Origin: Ophelia neglecta
Lineage: Eukaryota
Length of the DNA stretch: 64,000 nucleotides
NCBI GenBank assembly: GCA_965285935.1
Contig: OZ260664.1
Location: forward strand, 48,608,001 to 48,672,000
Direction of reading: 5' to 3'
The position numbers and the translations under genes are program-made. The stretch's first letter is position 1, and each line of letters opens with the position of its first letter. Positions 1 to 12,800 of the stretch are shown here, in pieces. A model generated the notes under the pieces. That model was not told the origin of the DNA. It was given only the letters and a program-made list of their open reading frames with translations, and made no database searches.

Positions 1-695
1 AAAGGGAAAAAAATAAAGTCACCTAACAGACACGAACCATCGTATCCCATTAACATTTACACAACTGCACACGTTTTGTGAATACATTAAGAACACAAAC
101 TGCATTTGTTTATAATTATGGATCTGAAAATCCTGAAAGTTCGGAAAATTGATCTATGTTGTCAATTTGGTACTCTCGCATCTTGAATAGCAACAAATAA
201 ATTACATTATAGACCTCGTGCAAATTTACAAACCACCTGATTTCTGGTCTAAATTTGAAGCTTGGCAATCAAAATATTGTTCTTCCTCAGATTACTTGAA
301 TTGAGACAATGGAGGGTATATGTACGCATAATTAGTGCATTTAAAATATCATGTCGCCAAGATGTTGCATAGGCTATTCAGATTTAAAGTGCACCTTGCA
401 AGCTTAACATAAGATAATATACATGTTTCACTGTATGTTAGTTATACATATACTGCATTGTCACGCACTGCCGGTGGCAGGTGGGGATAGTACAAAACAT
501 GTACAGGCTTAACCCAACCATATAGAAAGGATGGCTTTCTACATAGCCCCTGTACCAGATACATATTTTCAAAGGCAGTAGGCTTAAGTTTTGAAATTGC
601 CATTGTGCTTTCCTATTTACTGTCAGGCCAATATGTGAACCATGTGTTAAATTGAATATTAAACAAGGTAAATAGTGAATGCTGAGTTAAAATAC

Positions 696-764
696 CTTTT
701 CGAGGACGATTGTGCCGTCTATCCTTGTTTTGCGGAAGTTCTGGCTATTTTTGTCATATTGTTC
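696..764 (-). CDS. Coding exon 2 of the CACHD1/alpha2delta-like gene (gene continues beyond the left edge)
   Basis: Acceptor ATCAATTTCAG|, 69 bp, phase 0-0, EQYDKNSQNFRKTRIDGTIVLEK, donor AAG|GTATTT; resembles the segment after 'MQ' in CACHD1/alpha2delta proteins (..Y/F D.....F.....DG...V). Confidence 0.7.
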
Positions 765-2036
765 CTGAAATTGATAATAAATTCTAACGTTTTTGCTTTA
801 ATACATATCAATAATCTGATTCAAACATATACGCCTAATCATGGTGTTTCTTAAAGAAAGGTTGTTTTAAGTGAAAGACAGCTGTGTAAACACCTTTAGG
901 TTCAGATTTCCATTGAAGGGGGTCGAGTTGGTTAATTGGCTTACCGTTGAATTGAGCCCAAAAAAGTATCTGTTGCTGAGTCAGGACGATCTAAAACCGA
1001 TACATGGGCCAGGATATGAAGTCATTGTATTGGATTAAAACCAATTCATAACAAAAATATGCGAAGAGTAGGCCTGATGTCAAACGGCAGGCAGTATATT
1101 TCGGACATTGCTATTGCAGACGACAGCTTCCAGTATCAGAAGTGTACGTGTGTGTGTGTATGTTCGGCCGAACTAGTTAACAGTGAATGATTTTCAAGTG
1201 AAAATATTCTCATTAACATGGCACATCTATGCATTAGCGCATAATTCATTTTGTTTTTCCATGATTCGGAAAAACTGTGCAATGGCGTCTCTGAAATTCT
1301 CTCATTCCCATCCGGCGGGTGATTAATTTATTAAGTTATTTTTATTTTATCTGTCTATTGAATTTCATTACCCTGGGTTGTTGACATTTTCGCCAACTAA
1401 TAGTAGATTATTTATCCTTAATCAAATTCCAACGTCGAGTTATGCTCTAACAACAATGAAATAATGGTACATTCAGTTGTGTCAAACACCTTAATTTTCA
1501 CTTAACTATATAATAGTTAATATTAAATCATTCTCAGCGTTCAATTGTTTAAGTGCCTTTTTAAACTGGTTCAGGGTATCAAAATTACGTACGTCCTAAA
1601 GGCTATACATATAAAGTATGGATGCATACATTGTGTTTACGTTAAAAAGTATTGTTTCAATGAATCTAACATAAGTAATCTTAAATAACTCTCTGGACAA
1701 TAGGGGTATTTTCATTTTTTTTTTAAATCTTAAGGTACTGAGATCATATAACATATATATGCAAAGAGCCATGTTAAATTACTTTGCCCCTCAAAAGTTG
1801 GCCGAACACGTTGATCGAGCATTTGCTATTAGCTATTGCGTTTTGCCATTCTATTGGGTAACACTCTCCTTGTCGGTGATGTGAATATTGCTTACAATTA
1901 TGTATAGCGGTTGGCTATATGTAAAGATGCTATTAAACAGTATTTATTATGTTTACCTCCTTAATGTTTAAAAACAAAAGTATTTATATTAACAATTAAA
2001 AAATGCACGATCTGATGAATAACATTTAATAAATAC

Positions 2037-2183
2037 CTGTAAATATGAGTGCCCTAGGCCCTCGTCTTGGATAAGGGAATCCAATAGGTTTGCAAACCTC
2101 TGGCCATTTATCATGCCATTTGTGTTTTTAAGCAAGCTTACAAACAACAACACGGTCAGCGCTATGGAGGAAGAAAGAAACAT
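2037..2183 (-). CDS. Coding exon 1 of a VWA/Cache-domain (CACHD1 / alpha2delta-like) gene
   Basis: ATG at 2183; MFLSSSIALTVLLFVSLLKNTNG (signal-peptide-like) then MINGQRFANLLDSLIQDEGLGHSYLQ, resembling the CACHD1 N-terminus (..LA..EELGV..MQ); phase-0 donor CAG|GTATTT after 2037; 147 bp = 49 codons. Confidence 0.7.
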
Positions 2184-2762
2184 CCTTGTTATTCACCCAC
2201 CGCAGACCATAAGAATATATGTTGCTCTGTTGATATTGTTCACCTCTGTTTTGTGGTCAGCAAGTTTTTGGTAAATTAGTCTGACTTCCTCATCAAATGT
2301 ATACCACTACTGTGAAAACACCCGGAAGGAAATCACTGTTTTGCTGAAACAGGCTTAGAATGGAGTCCACAGGTCTAATATGCCGACCAGAAAGTTAAAA
2401 AGGAAGAAAGCCTTTAAGGTCAAGATATTGATTGCTGAAGGCGCTGAAACTTGAGTATAAATTGTCTCAAAAACGAACGATGAAATAGTATATATAACAC
2501 TGTTAATTTCAACAAAAATTTGATCGAAATCACTAGGGCGTATCAAGCGTCGAGGAAAGCAGGATGTAGTACAAATAACACATATTATAAGGAAGCCAGT
2601 TGACTACAGACCTTTTTAAAATAACAAATGGGTCTATAGAGCATTCATTAAATGACATTTACCCTTAAGTTAAGCTATCGAAATTGGCAGAAGAGAACAT
2701 GCAAAAAAGAATAACCTTGGTTTGTGGGTCAAATTCTTGAGGTAAAACGCTTCGAAGTAACA

Positions 2763-2843
2763 CAGGTACGCGAGTTTCCGCTGTTACCTATGTAGAATTA
2801 GTTATGTATATAGGAAGTAACGGACAGACGTCTCGCTTACCTG
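2763..2843. mobile_element. Short imperfect fold-back / MITE-like element
   Basis: Left arm CAGGTACGCGAG..GTTACCTAT; right arm ATAGGAAGTAAC..CTCGCTTACCTG followed by TA; the arms are imperfect reverse complements. Confidence 0.4.
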
Positions 2844-5800
2844 TACCGCGATATGTCTAATTCGCATGAAATAAATGTTATCTTCTGTTTTAGTTTGAAA
2901 GACCAGGAGCGTTAGACGAGCTGGACAATAAATATTAACGCGTATGAAAGTATATAGTGTGTGACTAATCATCCAACCTCAACTGTTACCCCCTCCCCCC
3001 CCCCTCCCCCAACACACACCCCTCCGTATTTGGAGTTTTAACGCATTTAAAGATTATACTACCACGTCATAGTGTTTCAATAAAAATATCATTTTTAATT
3101 GGTTGTATTTTTTACAGGTAAAATGTAAACAAATTTTTACTTAATCATTGTATAGTCCTTTTGGTAGTTCCCTTTGATGTTGTATTATACAAGTTCAGCA
3201 CGTTAGCTAAAATCACCGATATGGAAAGATAAATAACCTGGAAAGCCGCGGTATTTCACAATGTTTTGACGTAGGTACACATGGCTTTATTCGACATCTG
3301 TATATTTTGAGGGTTTTTCCAGTGGGATTTTAGAGAAATGGGGTGGCGGTTGGGCGGGAGGATGGGGCGGGGGGGGGGGGGTGTTAGTCTATTGGTTGTT
3401 TTAGGCCTATGTTTATATAATGCTGCATATTTTGTAGTCATACACGGGTCAAAGAGAAACTATTACAAAGCTTAAACCATGAATACATTGTCCGGGACTC
3501 GGGGAGGTATCAAAGGCACATGTGAAATTTCTATAAACACTTTTTTACAGTTTCTGATCTATGAGCCAATAACATTCTTTTTTTTCTTGCGCACATTAAA
3601 CGCCTTTGAAAATGACAAGACGTTAGAAGTTTGGTGTTCCATCAGAATACGCAGGTATACTACAACCATTTTCCTTGTCAACAGTAGTATTCCGGTATGC
3701 CTGTATAGATATGTCTCTTTCTGGTAAAGACAGTTCGCCCATAGTGACAATAAAGCTACTACTAGGGTTAAAGTTCCACTTACAAAGTACTTTTCCCACA
3801 ATAACACATGTCTGAATATATAAGTTTATCACATCACGCCTGTTAAATATGATAATTTGATCACTCCGGTTATGTCTGGCGGTTCTTAAAATGTGATGCC
3901 TTGATTAAGATTCACGATCATTATGCGCAGCTCTGAAGCAGGTGTCTCAAATGTAGATAGGCAATCTTCATTTGTTTCTCATTTTAAACTACAAAAATCC
4001 CACATCAAAAATGGTAATACATTACACTGAATTACTAAATTAGCTATATATATTTTTATAGCTGAGCCTGACTCACTGCGCTAAGGTAGAAGCTTGTTTG
4101 CAATGATTTGACAAACCAATAAGGGATTTGAATTAAAAAAAGGTCATTAACAGTTTATTTTTTGCAATGACAATTATTATACATAACATAAATATCAGAG
4201 CTGGCTCCTAGCTGACACCATAACATATATAAAGATCATTAAGCTTATTCTATTAAACATTAATCCCAAGGAGCCAACCAACAATTATTTACATAACAAT
4301 TTACTACTATAGTAAAGATAATTTTAAGAACTTAAAGGCAAACATTGCAAAGGTGGGGTGAACACCATCCACATATAAATAAATACATATAGATAGGGCC
4401 TATCTGTCCGGGATCCCTGTTCTCCCAGCTTGCTGCGGCTGTAGGATTCGATCTACTGAGCTAACCCCAAACCATTTTATATTCTAACATTATACTCCAT
4501 CGCAGTATTGTCGCTCTATAAACCATACAATCTCGGATGGGTTTGCTGGAAGTTCCCCAATTTTTGAGAACAACTAAAGATTTCCGACTTAAACATAAGC
4601 ACCAGCTGCCATGGATTCGCGCACAATAATCCATACCGGACGTCACCTATTAAGCCCTTTCAGACATAGCGAAAGTTTTAGGATTATTATAATGTATACC
4701 ATGGGTGTACTTATAAAGATGATGGCCATCAATAATGATCAATTCAAGTATGTACGTTAGAGTTAATGATTTGTTCTCGAAATCAATTGAAATTCGGAAG
4801 CACTGGGAAAACCTTTCGGTAAAACGAAACCGTTGATATTCACCTGAAAAACTAAGGGGATATAGTACTGGAGATGATTAGCAGTCTTAAGTTATATACA
4901 AGATTGTTTATTAAGACCAAGCCCAAACTAACTAAAAACTGCAATTTCATCCAAATTGTGAACTTTAAAAAGTTATCTCAAAGGGTTTAGGGATAAAACC
5001 AAAATACTCTTCTTGAAATAACTATATCAGCTTCCTTTCAAAATGGGCAGATAAACTTACGTTTGTCTCTACTTTTATATCAGCAGTATATTCAAATGCC
5101 CTATTTTAAGCCTTAATAGGTTATAAACTCTTCATCGTATTTAACGTCAAAATTTTAATTTGCCAAGAAGTACCTGATGTGTTCTTCTCATAATTTCAAG
5201 TTTATCTCACATATAACCTGCAAAATTGCTCGTGAGAGAAACATCTTCATAAAAATAAACTATTCAAATTAATGATAAGACTGGCAACAAGAATGATGAC
5301 TTGCTTAAAATTATTACGTGCTAACTAACTTTATTTAGTGCGTGAATTTTGTAAAGGTAAACTCGCCCATTGTATTCCTTATAATTGGCAGCTCTTCTGT
5401 ATGAAATATGTTTTCACAGCAGCTCGTTATGAAATTCGTCCGCCTTCTCGTTTACATACAATCGCATATCATTTATTCGTATGTCGTTGGAAATGCTGAA
5501 CACATCACTAGGATCACTACTATTGTTCTAAGCACACATACCTGCGGAAAATACTCTAGTTTATGGTTGTTTTCGGAAAAGACTAGAATTTTTTATTCAA
5601 TGAAAAATCGATGATTTCGAAAGATTTGCACTGTTAAAGGAACAATGATTTTGAGCTTCAGCGTCTCGTAAAACTAACGTTACTTCTGTAAGAATCGTGG
5701 AGTTTCAGTAGGGTATATCTTTCGTAACCAATCCTTGAAAGGGTTCTATCCATATCTATGACCTAGCCAGCTCATTTCAGCTGGCTTATTATTCTAACTA

Positions 5801-8800
5801 TAATTATCTCATATTGAACGATTATTGCATCGTTTTATTTTGTTAAATGCTGTGGAGGTATGTTGCACTTTCTGTGCTGTATAGTGCAACATACACAATA
5901 AAAAGAGCCTGTACTTTACATTATACAAGTCTGTGTTCAATCGACTGTTCTGTGTTAGCATGCAAGCTTACCCCGGCCACATGTGTTCTCATGTAAACGT
6001 ATTGAAATGGGCTCTTGTCCAATGACACCTCAGGGAGGAACGCACACTCTCAGATGAGATATGACATTGTTAGGGAAAAACTCTTGTTAGAAGAGTTTCT
6101 AGCTTTTGTCTATCCGCGAATGCTTAGAAATATCATCAATCGTTCAAAGCTTGTCAAAATAAAACTAAAAAATTCCGCTCTTTGATGTGATGAACAGTCG
6201 TGCCCCCATGTATTCCTATATAGCCTTAATGAGCAACATCCTCGAAATAAAAATTCATTGCTGATATTAATCAACTTGAAGGAAGTATGTTAACAATAAA
6301 GGGGATGGATATGAATCACTCCATTTATTAGGAATAAGAACTTGTGTTCTTGTTGAGTGAGGTTAATAGTGTCAGAAAGTGTAATTTCCGTTTTCAGCAA
6401 GACGATTTTCAAAGAGAAGGTACTATATCTTAGATCCACAGGAACGCCTTTTTTGTAAATTAGAATATTCTCTTCTGCATAATGTAGAGTGTTACAAGTG
6501 AAGTATATTCTTAATGTCCAATGAGTAATAGTTACCCACACTAAAATGCTAAACGACCGGGAAGGGATGACAGGGAGCGGAATATTATAGATGTTTATGA
6601 TTTAGAATAAGTCCGACGATGGGATCCATGTACGTAGTTAATTAGTCAGCAAAATTCTAATGATAATAATTCGCGTGACGTACACAAGGCGAGTTTGGAT
6701 TAGTTACTTCGAAAAAGGAAGCAATAACAAATGAAAAGCAAATCGACTTGACGGTACGAAACTTCCACCATATTTTAATGACCAGGTGGAGAAGATAACC
6801 TCGCTGAACTGAACATTGTTACCATGAGCGGATATAAGAAATCGGCAATTTATTATCTAGTTATGCTTTCCTCGAGTCACACGAACCAACCGATGTCCTG
6901 ATCAGCGTATGAACCTCAACATATCAAGAGGGAAGTCAGCTGAATCTTTTTTCTCTACATTTTTTGCCTTTAAGACTAGTTGCACCACTTATATCCATGG
7001 TGCATGATTACTTAAAATCAGACATTTGCGCGTTTCGGTGTGAGATATAGTGGGAAAATAATAAATTTCGCGTTTTAATGAAGGGTCTGTGCCGGCGGAT
7101 CAATGTACTTTCCGGCAGACAAAATCCCCTGATTGCGCCACTGATTAATGGCATGTTCTATTTTCAAGATTTTAAATCATCTATTTAAAGATTGAATGTG
7201 CAAACACAAAACAATATATATAAATATTTGCCCCAGTTAGGTGCTGCCATCTTCTGTGGCGGTTTCATTGTATTTAACCTTCGGGTAATTATAGCTGCAT
7301 TTATATTGGGAACCTTTTAGCCAAATTTGTTATATGCTGTAATGTTCACCCGCTTGACCAAAAGGCTGCAAATTTCTAGAAATTGCTTTCACTTCCCTTA
7401 TAGTCAAAACCTGCTAGGGAATGGACATGAGTATCTTGATCTTCCAGTCGGATGCGACCCGTGAACCCCTCGAAGCATGTGCTGCATAAATAAGCTCCTG
7501 CGTGGACAACATTTGCTGATTGCTATTTATCTCAAAAACCAACTCTTTATTTCCTAGTGTTCGATTTTCTGTTCATATCTTTAAACCGGTTAGGTGTACC
7601 AGAATTTTTTTTTTTTTTTTTTTATCAATATTGTTGCATTTGTTGAAGATTATTAAAAGCTGTCACTGAAAGTGCTGAAATCAGTTTAGATAAAGTCTAT
7701 CTGAAAGTATGTTCTTAAGTACATTATTCTTTATATGTTATGAAACCAACGATTTTGAACGATATCCTGCTAAATAGAATATGCTATATCCATTGTTTTA
7801 CCTAGCGCGCATACCTAACCTTTATTAGTCTCTAATATTATTGCAGTATTTAATTGTTTGCGGGCAGGATTAGTTATTCTAAAAATGTTAACTATGTAGT
7901 TTCCCTAACTCTCCTTATTAGGAGAGCGTGAAGTATGTAAAAAGTATCTTCTAAATATGCTGTAGTGTTTAAAACCGGGTTTCAGACAAAGCTGTTCGTT
8001 GATTCTTCCCTTCACCATTTCACCATATCTTGTACGTATGATATGTCAAAATGATACGAAGGGGTCCACTAACAGGCTTTAGTAAATTAATCCTATGGGA
8101 GAACTAGGGTTTTTTTTATCTTGTGGTGATAATTTGCAATGCAATTTAATTTAGGCAAATTAATAAATATCACGTTGCTACCCGCAAGGTAAATCTTATG
8201 ATTAAAATAAAAATGCAAAGTAGAAACTTATGCCTGGCATAGCCACCACCTGACGAAGTACGTTTATTATGGTGTCAGAGTTGGCAGTGGGCGTCCTTCA
8301 GGGCAAGGCTTGTGACGCAAAAAGTACATAAAAGTTGAAATGCTAAGGTAATAAACTGTAATGGGTTCCGGGTGGTGATAACTGTGGTAAATGGTCCTAA
8401 CTCGGCGGATGCCAGAGCTGTGAGTGGCAGACTGATATGGAGTCAGACACGGGTTAGGTGTTCCCGACTCATGTGGTGAGTACAAATTAAGGTGCTGCTT
8501 GTGGTGGTTTGACGAGGGATTCGGTGGGCTGGGATAGTGTCCTAGTGGGGTACTACATTGTTGTTGATTGTGCAATTTCATGTACAAGGCATTTGCGCTC
8601 AATTCCTGCGTGATTTTATTAAATTAATAGCATAGTTTTGCTGAGCTAAGAAAAAAAAACAAAGGACCGTGGTTAACTGTTTATTTTTTATCAATAACTA
8701 GGGCACATTCGGATAAAAAAGGAAAAGGCATTTTACGCTAAGGCCTTAACGCTAAATATACATTTTTCTTAGGTTAACAAAAATAAGAGGGACGCAAGTG

Positions 8801-9837
8801 TGAGATGATGGTAGAGGCCGTATAGGGCTATTGACACAACGAATGCGGGTCTATTGAGGCCTATACACTTAATCTTATTAGCGCATAGCAAGTTTCGTTA
8901 TAGGTCAATGTAAGGAGTTTTTGGCAAATAATAACAACAGAAATTACGAGGCCGGGGTGGGATGGTAATTTATCAGCCATTTTTCCATGTGAGTGTATCT
9001 TTCTTGCTGTATGGCGAAATGGGTCTCTGCACAAGCACAAAAAGGTATAACCTCAATCATACCCTACCCTATAGCTATCCAAGCAAACGCACCACAGTTC
9101 TTTGGCGTTTAAATAGGCCAAGAACGCGTTACGGGAATGCCACTGTTCAAGGAAAGCCACTGCCAATCTCTTATTAAGTGAAGTCAGGTCCAAAGTGATT
9201 TCTGATTTCTATCTCCAAACAGATTTTGTTGTTTTTGCTATTCTTCACGTGACGAATTTTTGGTTAATTCGAAATGTGTGACATGGTCTAGTATTTGACA
9301 TATGTGACAATCGTAGTGCGGCTGGATGGACTAAGCTTGAGCCCCATTCATGTTAAATGCGCGGAAACAAATTTAGAACTAGAACTGTTTAAACGGGACA
9401 TAGGCCCAAGGCATTGTTTTCGCTTGATATGTTTGAAAATATCAGTGGATTTGATATGAAGGCAGCGGACTATATAGGGTGAATGACGTAGCATACTCAA
9501 CATTGATTGTCACCTTTAAGTTTGCTTATCAACCGTGAGTGGTAACAGCCTTCCAAGCACTTACACCTCTCGGCCTTTTCCATGGGCACCTCTATGAGGT
9601 TGTAGAAAAATAAATTGTGCATGGGGTCTCACATTTATTGAGTGCGTCATAATTGTCACAGAAGCACTCTATGTGCTCAGATTTTCAACTGGCGACTCCA
9701 TAGTTTCAAGTGTCTAAAACACGTAATACGTAATACAATGACCGTTCTTACCTTTCTGTTAGACGTGCATTCATTTGAATACAGTTTCTCTTCGAAAAGG
9801 ACCTACCATTATAAACTGAATTTGCCCAATTTGAAAA

Positions 9838-9898
9838 ATGATTAGCCAATATTTAATATTGCTGCTGTCCACACTCACAATAACCGTGGCTGGTGGAG
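9838..9898 (+). CDS. CTLD gene exon 1 (signal peptide)
   Basis: AAAAATG start, MISQYLILLLSTLTITVAGG, consensus donor G|GTAAGT, phase 1. Confidence 0.75.
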
Positions 9899-12800
9899 GT
9901 AAGTAATTGGTCAGTTTTCTTCTTCATTATATAGGAATGCTTTCATCTTGAAAAGAACATTACAAACTTATATAGTACCTATATAATTCCTATATCGAAT
10001 TGCTAACTATAAATATCCAGGTAGAGCACCAGCGTTCTTGGACTTGTTACATTCACATCCTTGAATCAGGGCATTGAGCCACTCGGAATCATAATAAACT
10101 AGACGACACCTCGTCTTTATTCATTTCGATTTGTTACAAAGCCGTGATTAAACTTAATGGTAAAAACATTTAGGCCAGTTCGTCAAATACCTACTGCCCA
10201 GATATAACCTTTTACAAATAATATATATTGTGAGGGCAGTCTTATTATACCTGTTTAAAAATACAACAAGCCTATCATAAATATATAGCTATTTGCTAGC
10301 CAATACATTCATACTCATTTCGCAGCAACATGTCGATTATATGAGAATGATTCAAACGAAGTGTAAACATATAACCTCATGCCTGCAAATAGTGAACCTT
10401 CTATATAGTCGCTTAGTAAACTTACTGTTCACTGAGAGTGATGATATCCTCTTGAAATAAATCTACTAAAGTTAAACAATGATCACTATAACTATACATC
10501 TCGATAACTTTCTTTTGGGCATTCCATGTCCAGGTTCACTTTAGCCATTACTTTTACATTTTTCAGTTAAACAAATGTTTTAAGTAGTTAATTCTGTTTC
10601 TTTTTGGCTCTGTCTTTGCGTCATACTAATGCATCGTTGCAGGTAACAGTCACAAACTGAAGTCACAATAAAAGCGTATATGGTTCGTTTTAAGAGGTTT
10701 TATTGCAATGTTGGTGATAACAAAAACATGCCTCCATTTTTTACTACATGCCAGTCACTTATTTCCTGGTGCGAATCACACAAGGAAAACATGATCACTG
10801 AGTTCTTCTACTTGCACGAGATATTATATTGTAGTGATCAATGATGTTAATGTTTTTACGTTAAACTAACTAAAAGTTATGGGGCTGATTTTTATTTGAC
10901 TTCCGATAAATTGTATCTGATGAATTGGAATCGAATTTAATACACAATAGTTAATTACCGAATCTGGTTTGTCTGCAGAATATCCATTGCTGTTTTTTTA
11001 TCATTTGTATGTAGCCTGCGAACATTTCTTGTTCAAAGGAATAACTCCGCCCTTACAAGCCAGCAACTTACACGAGCGAAGTAATATCACTGACACGCAT
11101 AGTATGGGGATTTGGTGAAGTGTTTCGGATACAAGCTTCCTTTAGCTTTATTTTCATTTCCTTGACCATGGTTATTTGCCAAATTAGTGTCTCCCTGTTG
11201 CAAACAATCCTGACCCGTAACTTCTGTTATAACCATGCTATTGTTATGGTATTTTACGTCATGCATTGGTCACATTTAACTACTTTTCAGCTTTTGGAGT
11301 TTTGTTTTCGTCCTTCCTCTGTCGGTGTCAGTGAAAAACCCGCTGAAAATAATTGCCTTTTTGCTTGCATACTGTAATATGGTTTCAACTACGTTGGCCT
11401 GTGTATGCACTGTGGCTCACCTAGGCCAATGCCGACTTATCACACCAGTTATAAACTCAATTCATTGTGTACTTTGTAGCATACCAACCAGTAACTATAA
11501 TGATTACCTGCTTTATCACATCCTCTGTGTATCTGTACTTCATTCAAGTATCTTGCTTCTCATCATTACGATGATAATCTTATAATTTCTGATTGGCACC
11601 TTTATTAGAATCGTTCTGCCATCACAGACTACACCAGCCACCTCTAATTATTTGTTTTGTTGCCTCCCCCATCTTGTTGACTATAGCTTCTTTGGCAGAC
11701 TCTAACCACACACTTTAAATCCAGGGGATTGATGTATCTGGGCATGTGGGCCTGTGATCGCTGAATCATAATGATTTCTGGGAATTATAATGAGCTTTCC
11801 GTAATTAATGATTTGCTTGGTTACCGGGTTATCGACTCCGATTTTTAGTGGAAAGAAAAAACCTTCTTGCTTACTTTCTCATTTTGCTCTGCTCCAAGTC
11901 GCTTGGTCCTTACACTCTAGTCACTATTCACTGACCAAATACTTCCACAACTCAAAGTAAAAGTGAAAACTAACGCAGATCATTCATAGAATTGATTCGA
12001 ATTTTGCCCTGCCTACCAAGTATTTCTTGTAGTCGACGTGATCCTAAAATCAATTCGGTGCTTTCACTGCATTATAGCCTGCTTTTTTTTAGCTTCGAAA
12101 TGTCAACTTTAATCAATTCTAGTTAAATGGCCTGGCAGCCTTAATGTATTATGCAAACACCGATCAGTTTTCAAATAAAAATCAACACTGTCTAATTTCT
12201 ACTTAATTCACTAACCGAGTCTTCTCATAGAACGATCTTAATGGAACGGCATAGTGTCAATCTGCATTGCATTGTCAATACATCCACTTTATATTTATGC
12301 AAATGAAGTTTCGTCTAATCAAAGATGTACATATTCTTGTGCATTTTCCTACTGACATTTGAAAGTGTACACATTATGTTTTCAGTAAAATGGGATTTCA
12401 ATATAGTTTTTATATTAGCTAGGCTCCACCAATAAAAAAAAGCTAAATGTTTATCCATTCTGCCTTATTTCAGTTCAGAGTGTTTACAGCCTTTATTGTA
12501 TTTTTTTAGGATTCACTTCGACCTCGATCATTATGTACTACATAGTTTGGAGTGGGTGTTATAAACGGATTTACGTACATGTACGTCAATGTATTTAGAC
12601 CGCTACGTTACCAGACAACAATGGTCTCCAGGGCTACCGCCCCTCAGATCAGTAATAACGGTTAATGTAGTGTTCCTCGAGCATTATCTTATATGTTATC
12701 AGTTAAGGCTAGTGTCCGTATAGCGGTGGCACATTTTGTGGGCATACATGGGCAGAAATTCATCCTTTTAAAAGTGTTACTCAGACCATTTCTGCTTCAG

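Noticed and set aside
8267-8602. 111-aa ORF as a gene
   Set aside because: Non-ATG start and no domain; more likely a decayed retroelement 3' fragment, too eroded to classify.
10570-10645. Alternative signal-peptide exon for the lectin gene (donor CAG|GTAACA)
   Set aside because: The phase-1 frame contains a stop; 9838-9898 fits far better.
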